Source of the DNA: Terriglobia bacterium
GTDB taxonomy: Bacteria; Acidobacteriota; Terriglobia; 20CM-2-55-15
Direction of reading: 5' to 3'
Assembly: GCA_965218585.1 (NCBI GenBank)
Contig: CBDCLE010000017.1
Coordinates: 71,470 to 135,469 of the forward strand
Length of the DNA stretch: 64,000 nt
A model generated the notes under the pieces. That model was not told the DNA's origin and searched no databases. It saw only the letters and a program-made list of their open reading frames with translations. Below are positions 31,106 to 41,506 of the stretch, in pieces (position 1 is the first letter of the stretch; the number at the start of each line of letters is the position of its first letter). A program made the position numbers and the translations under genes.

Positions 31106-31881
31106 ATGAACAAGCCATTCAACTGGAAGCTTTTCTTCATCGTCTGGGGTGCGGCCCTGGTTGGGGCGGTGGCGATCATACCGTTTGCCCTAACAATTCA
31201 GGCCCCTCTCCTGGAGGCCACTGATCTCCCACTGCCCCTATGGCAGCTCATCGTTCTTGGATTGGTTCAAAGTATGGTGTTGGTGAGCCTGGCTGCCGGC
31301 ATAGGCCTCTTGCTTGCCGGCAAGGTCGGTCTTGGGCTTCCGCTGGTGGAAGCCTGGCTACGGAAAGAACCTCTCCAGAAACAGGCGGTACTAGGCCTGC
31401 CGTAATCGGCGGCGTTGCCGCTGCATTAGTCATCGTCGGCCTCGAACTGGCCCTCTTCGCTCCCCTGCTCGGAGGGAGCGGCATCACGTTCCCCGAAAAC
31501 GCACAGCCTGCCGTTTGGCAGGGCCTTCTGGCGGCGTTTTATGGCGGAATCACCGAAGAAGTTCTGGTTCGCCTCTTCCTGATGACCTTACTGGTCTGGA
31601 TCGGCTCTCTGCTGACACGGTCCCAGCACGGCTCCGTAGTCCTGTGGATTGCAATCGTTCTGGCTGCAGTCGCATTCGGACTGGGTCACCTTCCGGCAAC
31701 TGCAGCGTTGGGAATACCGCTGAACGGGCTGGTCATCACCCGAGCGATCGTGCTCAACGGAGTGGGAGGATTGTTGTTTGGTTGGTTGTATGCCAGACGC
31801 GGACTCGAAAGCGCCGTGGTCGCGCACTACTCGGCCGACATCATGCTCCTCGTTGTATTGCCTCTGACAGGACTCTTGTAG
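31106..31881 (+). CDS. CPBP family intramembrane metalloprotease (CAAX protease/Abi-like), frame broken once near 31390
   Basis: Motifs EExxxR (ITEEVLVR), FxxxH (FGLGH) and HYSAD, and multiple TM helices. Two overlapping ORFs, 31106..31405 and 31240..31881. Confidence 0.7.
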
Positions 31882-31898
31882 CTTCCGGCGAATACGAA

Positions 31899-32282
31899 CT
31901 ACTGCCCACGCACACGGTCAGGCGTGATCGTGATGACGACGCGAACCTCACCCGGCGGGTCCAGGTCGTACCGGTCTTTTCCCAGGAAGCGCTGGGCCAG
32001 CGAGTCGACAAACGCGTTGTCGATGTCGTCTTCTATAGTGGCCTTGCCGCGAATCTCGACGTAGTGTCCTCCGTTGTCGGGATCGGAGACCTCGATCGTG
32101 ACCGTTGGATTCGCACTCAGGTTCTTGAACTTCTGCCGGCTCTTGCCCGTGCTTATCTTGACAACATCGCCGTCGCGAGCGACAAGGACGGGTGTGATCT
32201 GGATGCTGCCGTTCGGCATAAGAGTCCCGACGTGACCGATGGTTTTCTTCTCAAAAATGTCATTGAACTGCGCTGGGATCAT
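31899..32282 (-). CDS. pyridoxamine 5'-phosphate oxidase family protein (FMN-binding split barrel / PPOX class F420-dependent-like)
   Basis: TIGHVGTLMPNGSIQITPV...VKISTGKSRQKFKNLSANP pattern typical of the PNPOx-like fold. Confidence 0.55.
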   Translation of the reverse strand: MIPAQFNDIFEKKTIGHVGTLMPNGSIQITPVLVARDGDVVKISTGKSRQKFKNLSANPTVTIEVSDPDNGGHYVEIRGKATIEDDIDNAFVDSLAQRFLGKDRYDLDPPGEVRVVITITPDRVRGQ

Positions 32283-32329
32283 TCCTGTCTCCTTCTTCTA
32301 TTGATGCCGTAATTTGTGCAGCGACTATT

Positions 32330-32400
32330 CATATTATTCTGACGCCTCGGCTCCGCCTCGTTGTCCACCTGCACCCTCGGAAGGGTGCGGGTCCTTCTCC
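32330..32400 (+). repeat. copy B of the intergenic repeat element (see 26727..26800)
   Basis: ctgacgcctcggctccgcctcgttgtccac + hairpin cctgcaccc/gggtgcggg, located between the thrC stop and the PPOX-family gene start. Confidence 0.6.
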
Positions 32401-32432
32401 GGGATCAATTAAACCCTCCGCACGATCATCCG

Positions 32433-33614
32433 TTAATCTCCCAGCGAAGCCTCCCATGCCTCGCCATACTTGTATCCGCTTCCCGTATTGAACAGAACCA
32501 CGGTCTCGTCGGGTTGGATCTTTCCCTGCCCGACAAGTTTCTCCACGGCCACGAGCCCGGCACCGCCCTCCGGTGCGGCAAAGACACCCTCGAGTCGGGC
32601 CATGTTCCGGCACGCCGTCATCGTCTCCTCGTCGGTGGCGGCAACAGCCGCACCCTGGCTCTCATAGAGGGCGTCCAGAATGAGAAAGTCGCCCAGCGCC
32701 TTGGGTACGCGGAGACCCGCGGCCAGCGTGGCGGCGTTGTCCCAGAACTCACTGCTGTCGCTGTGCTGCTCGAACGCTCTTACGATAGGGGCACAGCCGG
32801 CCGCCTGCGCCGAAATCATGCGTGGACGCCTGGAGTCTATCCAACCCATGGTTTCCATCTCCTCGAAGGCCTTCCACATTCCGATCATGCCGACACCCCC
32901 GCCGGTGGGATAGACAATTACGTCCGGCAGTCTTCCCCCAAACCTCTCCCAGAGCTCGTAACCCATCGTCTTCTTGCCTTCGATCCGGTACGGCTCCTTG
33001 AGAGTAGACACTTCGAACCAACCCTCCCGGTCCTTATGCTCCGCAATGAACTTTCCACAATCAGAAATCAGGCCGTCGATCTCGCGCACATCCGCCCCGA
33101 AGGCACGGGACTCGAGGACATTGGCTGCCGGTGTGTCCCCGGGCATCGCGATCACGCAACCCAGTCCCGCCTTTGCCGCGTATGCTGCCGCCGCCCCCCC
33201 GGCGTTTCCCGCCGTGGGGACGGCCAGGGTCGTCGCTCCAAGAGCTTTGGCCATCGTAACCGCTGCCGAAAGTCCACGGGCCTTGAACGAGCCTGTCGGA
33301 TTGAGTCCCTCGTCCTTTATGTAAAGACCACCGAGTCCCAGGTGTTCACCGAGTCGGCGAGCGTGAACCAGGGGCGTCATGCCCTCCCCCAGGCTAACCG
33401 GTGGTCCGTCGGGCAGGACTTCTTCGTACCGCCACATCGTGTGGGTGCGCGTTTGAAGGGTGTCCAGTGTCAGCGTCTCTTTTGCAATCGACAGGTCATA
33501 GCGGGCAAGCAGGGGTGAGTTGCAGACGGGGCACAGGTTCTGTAAGGAGGAGTATGCGACCTCTTCCCCGCAAGCCGAACGTGAACACTGAAGGTTTCGA
33601 AGAGTGGAAGACAT
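32433..33614 (-). CDS. thrC: threonine synthase
   Basis: N-terminal Zn-ribbon CSRSACGE...CPVCNS, the PLP-lysine motif SFKARGLSAAV, and a GNAGGA loop. Confidence 0.88.
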   Translation of the reverse strand: MSSTLRNLQCSRSACGEEVAYSSLQNLCPVCNSPLLARYDLSIAKETLTLDTLQTRTHTMWRYEEVLPDGPPVSLGEGMTPLVHARRLGEHLGLGGLYIKDEGLNPTGSFKARGLSAAVTMAKALGATTLAVPTAGNAGGAAAAYAAKAGLGCVIAMPGDTPAANVLESRAFGADVREIDGLISDCGKFIAEHKDREGWFEVSTLKEPYRIEGKKTMGYELWERFGGRLPDVIVYPTGGGVGMIGMWKAFEEMETMGWIDSRRPRMISAQAAGCAPIVRAFEQHSDSSEFWDNAATLAAGLRVPKALGDFLILDALYESQGAAVAATDEETMTACRNMARLEGVFAAPEGGAGLVAVEKLVGQGKIQPDETVVLFNTGSGYKYGEAWEASLGD

Positions 33615-33758
33615 CGGGACAGTTTACTAGGTTCGGTCGGTGATCGCATTTCTTGTTGTGCACTCATAGAGTGCACCTACAGAAACGATGGATATCTATT
33701 ATCGGAGGGGGCTGCTAACCTCTTGGCGAAACCTGCCCCGATCCTTAAGGAGTACCCG

Positions 33759-34679
33759 ATGAACCGGTCGATACCCACGAGCACCTTCGGAGCCAGGGCT
33801 AGGGCTCAAGATGTTGTCGGCGGGATGAATCTCGACGGGCAGGTTGCCCTCGTCACCGGTTGCAATTCGGGCATCGGGCTGGAAACCATGCGCGCACTGG
33901 TGGCATCCGGAGCACACGTCATCGGGACCGGCCGGTCCATAGAAAAAGCCACAACCGCCTGTGCGAACGTCGGCGGAAGGACAACGCCCATCGAACTGGA
34001 CTTGTCGGACTTCGAGTCGGTGGCGCGCGGAGCCGAGCAGGTAACAGCCATGAATCTGCCGATCGATATGTTGATCTGCAATGCCGGAATCATTGGTCCG
34101 GGGCGTCTGGAAATGATCAACGGAATCGAAAAAACCTTTTCAGTGAATCACCTGGGACACTTTGTTCTGGTACACCGGCTGCTCTCCTCCGTCTCCGCAG
34201 CCAAGGCGGGTCGGATTGTTCACGTCAGCAGCATGGCAGCCCTTCGCGGTGCACGAGACGGCATCAACTTCGACAATCTGCGCGGCAAGGGTCAATACAG
34301 TGTGTTTGGGGCTTATGGAGTTTCCAAACTTGCTAACGCGCTTTTTTCCAGGCAACTCGCGAAACGACTCCAGGACAGCAACGTGGCATCGAACGCCTTG
34401 CATCCGGGTTTCGTGAGAACCAACCTGGGCAGAGAGGTCCCCGTTGTCATGCGATTTGTGTTCAAAGCCATGGCGCGGCTGCTAGCTAAGAACACGGAGC
34501 AGGGAGCCGCCACGACCTGCTACGTCGCGGCCAGTCCGTTGCTCGACGGGGTCAGCGGCGAATTCTTTTCGGACTGCAATCCTCTGGTGACCAAGAACAA
34601 ATATCATATTGAGAACGACGACATGGCGGAAGAGCTATGGAAGGTGTCGGAGGAAATGACAGCGGATTACCTGACTTAG
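33759..34679 (+). CDS. SDR family oxidoreductase (retinol-DH/WWOX-like classical SDR)
   Basis: VALVTGCNSGIG, NAG, YGVSKLAN (YxxxK). A strong RBS AAGGAG lies 6 nt before ATG 33759. Confidence 0.8.
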   Translation: MNRSIPTSTFGARARAQDVVGGMNLDGQVALVTGCNSGIGLETMRALVASGAHVIGTGRSIEKATTACANVGGRTTPIELDLSDFESVARGAEQVTAMNLPIDMLICNAGIIGPGRLEMINGIEKTFSVNHLGHFVLVHRLLSSVSAAKAGRIVHVSSMAALRGARDGINFDNLRGKGQYSVFGAYGVSKLANALFSRQLAKRLQDSNVASNALHPGFVRTNLGREVPVVMRFVFKAMARLLAKNTEQGAATTCYVAASPLLDGVSGEFFSDCNPLVTKNKYHIENDDMAEELWKVSEEMTADYLT

Positions 34680-34708
34680 CAGCCGCGGAACGCAAGCCGG
34701 AACTGAAC

Positions 34709-36097
34709 TCACCCGGGCTCCTCGACTTCGTATTTCGCCGTAATCCAGGCGCCGGTTCCGCCCACCACGTTGTACACCTCACCGAAGCCTTCCCTTTCAA
34801 AAATGCTGGTCGCTGCACTCGAGCGATAGCCACTACCGCAAATAGCAACGATCGGAATCGAAGCATCGATTTCAGAAAGCATTCGATCCAGGTCAGCCAA
34901 CTGCAGGTTGACAGCACCCGGAACGTGACCGGCCGCGTACTCTGACGGACGGCGAACGTCGATAACCTGGAGCTGTCTGTCTTCATCACGACGTGTCTTG
35001 AGTTCGTCAACGGGCATCTGTGGTGTCTGGGCGAGGTCAAAACCCGCCTTGTCCCATGCATAGATACCACCGGCAAGAAAGCCTTCCACCGACTCCAGCC
35101 CCACCCGCGCCAGCCGCAAGACTGCTTCCTCTACACCACCTTCATCTTCTGCAACAACCACGATGCCGGTCGCTGCCGGGATCAAGCTACCCGCCCACGA
35201 AGCAAACTGTCCGCCCAGCCCGATGTTAATCGAACCCGGAACGTGACCGGTGCCGAACGCTGACGCGTTCCGAACATCCAGCACGATGCGTCCCTCGGTC
35301 TGAAGACGCTGGGTATCTTCGGCAGAAAGAGGTACCACTTCGCTCAACTCTTCGAGTCGAGATGCCCCGGTCCGGTTGATCTCCGCATCTCTGGAAAAGT
35401 AGGCCGGAACCTCGGGAAGATCCGTCGTCATCATCTTCACAAATTCTTCTCTCGGCATCGGATTCAGCGCGTAGTTGAACTTCCGTTGCTCTCCGATGGT
35501 CGACATGGTTTCGCGTGACATGTTCCGGCCACAGAGAGAGCCGGCGCCATGTGCCGGATAGACTTCTACTTCGTCCGGCAATTTCAGAAGCTTTTCATGC
35601 ACGCTGTCGTAGAGCATCCCGGCCATCTCCTCTGCAGAAAAACCTTTGGAGCCGACGAGATCGGGGCGGCCAACGTCGCCGATGAATAACGTGTCGCCGG
35701 TGAACAGACGCCGCGTTTCTTCACTTCGGGCAGTGTTCACAGCCAGAATCGAAATGCCTTCGGGTGTGTGTCCGGGCGTTTCCATCATGCGCAGGACGAC
35801 ACTGCCAACCCTGAGTTCGTCGCCGTCCTTGACGCCCAGACAGGAAAACGCGGCCCGCGCCTTTTCGCCGAAGACAATCTCGGCTCCGGTTCGGTCGGCC
35901 AGCTCGCGGTGACCGCTGACAAAATCTGAATGCAGGTGCGTTTCGATGACGTACTTGATCTCGAGACCATGAGCCGTAGCTTCATCGACATACTGATCGA
36001 CGTCCCGTTGCGGGTCGATGACTACAGCCTCTCGGTCAGAACCGATCAAATACGAAGCGTGTGCAAGACAACGCAGGTAGAACTGCTTGAAAATCAT
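34709..36097 (-). CDS. MBL-fold metallo-hydrolase fused to two rhodanese domains (persulfide dioxygenase/ETHE1-CstB-like)
   Basis: THLHSDFVSGH (HxHxDH), followed by two rhodanese modules with active-site Cys (CLFSGGGS..., CGSGYRSS). Confidence 0.7.
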   Translation of the reverse strand: MIFKQFYLRCLAHASYLIGSDREAVVIDPQRDVDQYVDEATAHGLEIKYVIETHLHSDFVSGHRELADRTGAEIVFGEKARAAFSCLGVKDGDELRVGSVVLRMMETPGHTPEGISILAVNTARSEETRRLFTGDTLFIGDVGRPDLVGSKGFSAEEMAGMLYDSVHEKLLKLPDEVEVYPAHGAGSLCGRNMSRETMSTIGEQRKFNYALNPMPREEFVKMMTTDLPEVPAYFSRDAEINRTGASRLEELSEVVPLSAEDTQRLQTEGRIVLDVRNASAFGTGHVPGSINIGLGGQFASWAGSLIPAATGIVVVAEDEGGVEEAVLRLARVGLESVEGFLAGGIYAWDKAGFDLAQTPQMPVDELKTRRDEDRQLQVIDVRRPSEYAAGHVPGAVNLQLADLDRMLSEIDASIPIVAICGSGYRSSAATSIFEREGFGEVYNVVGGTGAWITAKYEVEEPG

Positions 36098-36226
36098 CCG
36101 GATCTCCTTCGAGTACCGATTCTCGTCATCGCTGGTCGGAAGCGCAAGCCGGATTTCATCTTTCTTTTCTCTTCAGATACAGTCTACTTATTGGCCGTAT
36201 TCTTAGTCAGGATTGGGAACAAAACG

Positions 36227-38278
36227 ATGAGTACAGCTGAATCGAATGCACTCCTAGAAGAATGGACCGGTCCGAGTGGCGGAGTGCCCCCGTTCGATCG
36301 CATGAAACTCGAAGACCTGAAACCGGCCCTCGAGCGCGCGATGGCCCGGAGTCTGGACGAGATTGATGCCATTGGGAGCAATCCCGACCCGCCCACCTTT
36401 GAAAACACCATCGTTGCCCTGGAAAAATCCGGACGCCTATTGGATCGCGTCTACCCGTTTTTCGGCATCTGGAGTTCGAATCTGTCGACATCCACGTTCC
36501 GTGAGATCGAGCAGGAGATGGCGCCACGACTTGCGGAATTCGACTCGAAAATCAAGCAGAACGCCCAACTCTTCGCCAGGGTCAAGGCCGTCTATGAAGG
36601 AAACGAGAAGGATCGATTGACTCGGGAAGCGCAGAGGCTCGTCTGGCTTATCTACGACGACTTTGCGCGAAACGGGGCAACACTCGAAGGCGCTGCCAGA
36701 GAGCGCCACTCCGTCATCAATCAACGCCTCGCCGGGCTATACACGCGGTTTTCGAGCAACGTACTCGCAGACGAGGAAAACCATGTCCACTACCTGACTA
36801 AAGAGCAACTCGGCGGATTGCCCGAGTCATTCGTTGAATCCGCCGCGGCGGCGGCGACCGAACGCGGTCGCGACACCGAGTACGCCATCACCAACACGCG
36901 GTCGTCGGTGGATCCGTTCCTCACCTTCTCCACCCGGCGTGATCTGCGCGAACTCGTGTGGCGAACCTTTTGCAGTCGCGGCAACAACGACGATCGGCAT
37001 GACAACAACGCGATCATCACAGAAATACTCAAACTTCGGCATGAACGTGCACAACTCCTGGGCTATCCGAACTACGCAACGTGGCGCCTGGAAAACCGAA
37101 TGGCCCAGACCCCGGATCGTGCCCTCGAACTGATGGAAGCCGTGTGGCCTGCCGCCCTGGCGCGGGTTTCCGAGGAAGTTGCCGATATGCAGGAACTGGC
37201 GAGTTCCGAAGGCACGGACATCAGGATCGCTCCGTGGGACTACCGCTACTATGCGGAAAAGGTACGTGAGTCGCGATACTCGCTGGACTCAGATCGTGTA
37301 CGCCAATACCTGGAACTCGACAAGCTCCGAGAGGCGATGTTCTTCGTCGCGGAAGAACTGTTCGGCTACAGATTCACACCCGTTCTCGACGGATCAGTGC
37401 CGATTTTCCACGATGACGTGCGCGTGTGGGAAGTCGCCGACAAAGATTCGCGGCACAAGATCGGCGTCTGGTACCTCGACCCGTACGCTCGCCCGGGGAA
37501 ACAGTCCGGGGCCTGGGCCACAACGTATCGCAGCCACCAGAATATCGAAGGCGAATGGACGGTTCTCGGGTCGAACAATTCCAACTTCATCAAGGGCCGC
37601 GAAGGCGAGCCTGTCCTGGTTTCCTGGGATGACGCACGGACGCTCTTCCACGAATTCGGACACGCGTTGCACTACTTTTCCTCCGAGGTCGAGTATCCCG
37701 GCTTGAACGGGGCGCTCCGCGACTACGTTGAGTTCCAGTCCCAGCTGATGGAACACTGGCTTCTAACCGACGCGGTCATCGACAACTATCTCGTGCACCA
37801 TGAAACCGGCGCGCCGATGCCCCGGGATCTCGTAGCCAAGATCCGAAATGCCGCCACTTTCAATCAGGGTTTCGCGACAACGGAGTATCTGGCCTGTGCC
37901 CTGGTAGACATCCGCTACCACACGGTCGATCCGGCCGGTATCGATCCCCAGAAGTTCGAACGCGAGGTACTGACCGAGTTGAACATGCCCGATGAAGTTG
38001 CGATGCGCCATAGCAGCACCCAGTTTGCTCACGTTTTCTCGGGAGAAGCTTACGCAGCCGGATACTACAGCTACATCTGGGCCGACGTCCTGACAGCGGA
38101 TGCTGCCGAAGCGTTCGCCCAGGCTCCGGATGGCTTTTATGACAAGGATCTGGCCCGCAAGCTCGTCGACAGTCTTTTTACGCCGCAGAACTCCCTGGAC
38201 CCGGCAGAAGCCTATCGGATATTTCGGGGCAGAGATGCCCGAATAGAGGCGCTCATGCGGGACAGGGGTTTCCTGTAA
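36227..38278 (+). CDS. dcp: M3 family metallopeptidase (peptidyl-dipeptidase Dcp / oligopeptidase A-like)
   Basis: 683 aa, HEFGHALH zinc motif with a downstream Glu ligand, and M3 family length/architecture. Confidence 0.85.
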   Translation: MSTAESNALLEEWTGPSGGVPPFDRMKLEDLKPALERAMARSLDEIDAIGSNPDPPTFENTIVALEKSGRLLDRVYPFFGIWSSNLSTSTFREIEQEMAPRLAEFDSKIKQNAQLFARVKAVYEGNEKDRLTREAQRLVWLIYDDFARNGATLEGAARERHSVINQRLAGLYTRFSSNVLADEENHVHYLTKEQLGGLPESFVESAAAAATERGRDTEYAITNTRSSVDPFLTFSTRRDLRELVWRTFCSRGNNDDRHDNNAIITEILKLRHERAQLLGYPNYATWRLENRMAQTPDRALELMEAVWPAALARVSEEVADMQELASSEGTDIRIAPWDYRYYAEKVRESRYSLDSDRVRQYLELDKLREAMFFVAEELFGYRFTPVLDGSVPIFHDDVRVWEVADKDSRHKIGVWYLDPYARPGKQSGAWATTYRSHQNIEGEWTVLGSNNSNFIKGREGEPVLVSWDDARTLFHEFGHALHYFSSEVEYPGLNGALRDYVEFQSQLMEHWLLTDAVIDNYLVHHETGAPMPRDLVAKIRNAATFNQGFATTEYLACALVDIRYHTVDPAGIDPQKFEREVLTELNMPDEVAMRHSSTQFAHVFSGEAYAAGYYSYIWADVLTADAAEAFAQAPDGFYDKDLARKLVDSLFTPQNSLDPAEAYRIFRGRDARIEALMRDRGFL

Positions 38279-38307
38279 CGTAACAGCACCTGTTCCGAGG
38301 GCATCTG

Positions 38308-38346
38308 GGGCACCCGTTGCTTCAGTTCTCGTGCCCGCCTTTTGGT
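38308..38346 (+). terminator. possible terminator hairpin after dcp (GGGCAC...GUGCCC GCCUUUU)
   Basis: Stem gggcac/gtgccc with a long loop, followed by gcctttt, about 30 nt after the dcp stop. Weak. Confidence 0.3.
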
Positions 38347-38393
38347 GGTTCAGCTACGGCCGATTTCATCCACTACGCCACCCATCGGCGCAA

Positions 38394-39071
38394 TCAGTCG
38401 GCCGCGAAGCAGTACAACAAGCCGGCGCCTCCAGTACTAATGAGATTTTCCTGTGTGCAACCCGGGGTCGGGTGCGAGGAGTTCCAGGGAGAACCCGGCG
38501 TGGTGAAGGAGTAGCGGTCGGCGTGTCCTACCATTGCGCTTCCCTCGCCGTTGCTAGTCCAGTTACTGCATGTGCGGTCTTCGCCCGACGGAAACGCCGT
38601 GCCGTCAACGCGTGAGCCGGTGAGGACATCGTGTTCCGAAAAGTCGGGATCGCCATCTATGCGTGAGGCGAATTGGTTGCCGTTCTCGTCCAGCGCGTGT
38701 TCCCAATTGATATTCGAGTTGTCGAAATGCAAGTTTTCCACGCTGGAGGCAATGACGAGGCCTTCTGAATTGGCCCATGGTCCCGTACCTATGCGGTCGC
38801 GCGCATTGACCACTGCGTCCCCTTGAGTGCTCAAGTAGGCGCGCCACGTGCGGTTACCGGCGCCTGCCGCCGCAGCCAGCGACTGGCAATGTGCATCCGC
38901 GCCTTCCAGACCGCCCAGGTTGCCACCATCGCCAATGCCAACGCTGGTGACAAAGAAGCCAAGCTCGGGCGGCTGGCCGTCGTTCTGCGGCTGTGCTGCA
39001 ATCGAATTTCCAGACAATGCCAGCATCCCCATGGTGACAGTAACCACTATCAAGGCTCGTTTGCTATTCAT
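38394..39071 (-). CDS. secreted hypothetical protein (Cys-containing, Gly/Asn-rich)
   Basis: Signal peptide MNSKRALIVVTVTMGMLALSGNSIAA. Conserved Cys (HCQSL, CSNW, PGC, YCF). No recognised catalytic motif. Confidence 0.5.
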   Translation of the reverse strand: MNSKRALIVVTVTMGMLALSGNSIAAQPQNDGQPPELGFFVTSVGIGDGGNLGGLEGADAHCQSLAAAAGAGNRTWRAYLSTQGDAVVNARDRIGTGPWANSEGLVIASSVENLHFDNSNINWEHALDENGNQFASRIDGDPDFSEHDVLTGSRVDGTAFPSGEDRTCSNWTSNGEGSAMVGHADRYSFTTPGSPWNSSHPTPGCTQENLISTGGAGLLYCFAAD

Positions 39072-39125
39072 GCTTGTGTTCTCCCTAAGTTTATTTCAGC
39101 TGACTTTCTGGCCGCATAATTGTGG

Positions 39126-41506
39126 CTAATCCTGTCCCAACTCCTTTGGCTGTGCGTCCTTCACGAATCGTTCGAACCACAACATCATTTCGTACAACGT
39201 GTGTTCGACCGATTCACGCGCCGCGTACCCATGGGATTCCAACGGCAGGGTGACGAGCCTCGCGGTCGCACCGTGCCCAGCAAGGGCATGGTACATCCGG
39301 TCGGACTGGACGGGGAAGGTCCCCGCGTTGTTATCCTGCTCCCCGTGTGTCAGTAGGATCGGTTCGTTCACCTTGTCGGCGTGCATAAAAGGTGATACGG
39401 CAAAGTAAATTTCGGGTGCTTCCCAGAACGTGCGCTGTTCGCTCTGGAAACCAAAAGGAGTCAGCGAGCGGTTGTAAGCACCACTGCGTGCGATACCTGC
39501 ACGAAACAGATCGGAATGCGCGAGCAGATTTGCCGTCATGAAAGCGCCGTAGCTGTGCCCGGCGACTCCGACACGGTTCCGGTCGGTCACATCCAGCTCA
39601 ACTGCCCTGTCGATTGCCGCTTCGGCGCTCGTGACGATCTGTTCCACGAAGGTATCGTTCATCGTCATCGGATCACCAATGACCGGCATCGTGGCATTGT
39701 CAAGCAATGCATACCCGTTCAGCACAAAGAATAGCTGGGAGGTCCCCCGGATTGTCGTAAACCGCTCGGTCGACCCGCTGACCTGACCCGCTGTTCCCGC
39801 GTCGTTGTACTCCCTGGGGTAAGCCGAGACCACGGTCGGCAGGCGTGTTCCTTCCTCGTAATCGGGAGGCAGGTATAGCGTAAACGAGAGATCCACTCCA
39901 TCCTCCCTCTGATACTTGATCAACCGCTTCTTGATCTGTCGCAGCTCGGGCGTCGGGTCGGTAAAGGCGGTCAACGCCATCGTTCCCCCACCTTCGCCGA
40001 ACGTCCGAATCAGGTAGTTCGGCGGTTCGGTGGGTGTTTCCCGTCGTGTTATCCAGCGCGTTCCCCCGCCATCGGCAGGGCTGACGATGATTTCGTAGGT
40101 TCCCTTTGCGGCTTGGAACAGCCGCTCGGGTTCGAGCGTCAGAATGTTGAGACGATCCAGAAACGGATAGTCACCTTCGGGAGAGGAACCGTCGCCTTCG
40201 AGGAAGATGTAATCGCCCCTCGTCAGGACGGCCTGTTGGCCGTTCTCGAGCATCCGGGACATGGGATTTCCAGGATGGTTGTAACGATCCTGGGCGCTCA
40301 GGTCCCATACGAGGCGGGGCTCGGAGCCATCGGCCACCAGAAACGTCCGATTCCAGCGCCGGTCTCTGTCGTACTCAGTAACCAACGCCGCGTCCCCGGT
40401 GTCAAGCCACTCGATTCCGCGGTACCGATGTTCCGTGCGTATCAACTCACCTGGTGTGTCGCCGAATGGTGCGGCGAGAGTGAGAATGCTATCGCGGTGA
40501 TCGGCTTCGACATTCGGGTCTCCGCCGTCGAGTGCTTCGACCCAGATGAGCGTGGCGGGCGCGGTCGGTACCCAGACGTAGCTTCGCCGCTCCGTGGTTA
40601 CACCACCGATCGGAATTTTGTCCTGCAGCGGCGTGCGTGCGAGCGTGTGTTCGACGCGCGCGCTTCGGTCCCAGACCTCGACACTCTGTGGAAAAGACCG
40701 ATGCGTATAAAGATAGGAGTACGGCTTCAGGACCCGCGACACCAAGAAGTGGTTCCCGTCGGGCGAAATCCTAAGCGTCCGAAACAACGCTGGCTCACCG
40801 AAGTCACGGACACGGCCGCTTTCAAAGTCGACGAATGCGAGTTGGGCCGTGGCGTAGTAGTCGAACAACTCTGCGTCATGGGCGTCCCCAAGAAGATCCT
40901 GATACGTACGGACGGGTCCGGACGGCCCGGAGGTTTCCTGAACGTTCGGACCAGTCGGTACCCTTGCTTCTTCGGGCCCAGCGCCGCGTTCAGACGGCAC
41001 ACGCTGGATCAGTAGTGTGCTGCTGTCGGGCATCCACTGAACCTCGGTTCCGTACGCGGCGTTAATCGCCACTCCGTCGACTTTCCGAACCGTGCCACTT
41101 CGATCGCCCACCCACAACTCAATCCCGTCAGGGAGCGTGTTGGTGAACGCAAACCGATCGCCGTCTCGACCCCGTCGGGTATCGTCGTCAAAGTGTAGCC
41201 TGTGTAATAGCGTGGGCGGCTGGGCCCATTGGTAGCGGGATCGATCCGCAGCCCCGCAAGGCGCAGCATGGGCTGCGCATGGTCCCCAATCGAGGCATAA
41301 CCCGGCGAATCTGCCAGAATCATGAGATCCTGCTGAGGGCTGATGCTGACCTGCGGCGTCTCGGGTGCGTTCAGCACATCCATGATCGCTTGAGGTGGTT
41401 TCCGATACGGCTCCTGAGCCTCGAGCGTCACCGAAAGGGCGGCGACAAACAGGACGGCAAGGAGAATTCCCGCCCCGCGAACGAGCGTCTGTCGATTGAT
41501 GGTCAT
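39126..41506 (-). CDS. S9 family serine peptidase (prolyl oligopeptidase/acylaminoacyl-peptidase-like) with N-terminal beta-propeller, frame broken once near 41100
   Basis: GHSYGAFMT (GxSxG nucleophile) and a C-terminal His/Asp region. The signal peptide plus first ~120 aa are in ORF 41009..41506, and the remainder in 39126..41117. Confidence 0.75.

Noticed and set aside
38317-38615. Small plus-strand ORFs after dcp (38317..38514, 38331..38615)
   Set aside because: They overlap the 3' end of the convergent secreted-protein gene (38394..39071) and a terminator-like hairpin, with no RBS or motifs. They are likely non-coding.
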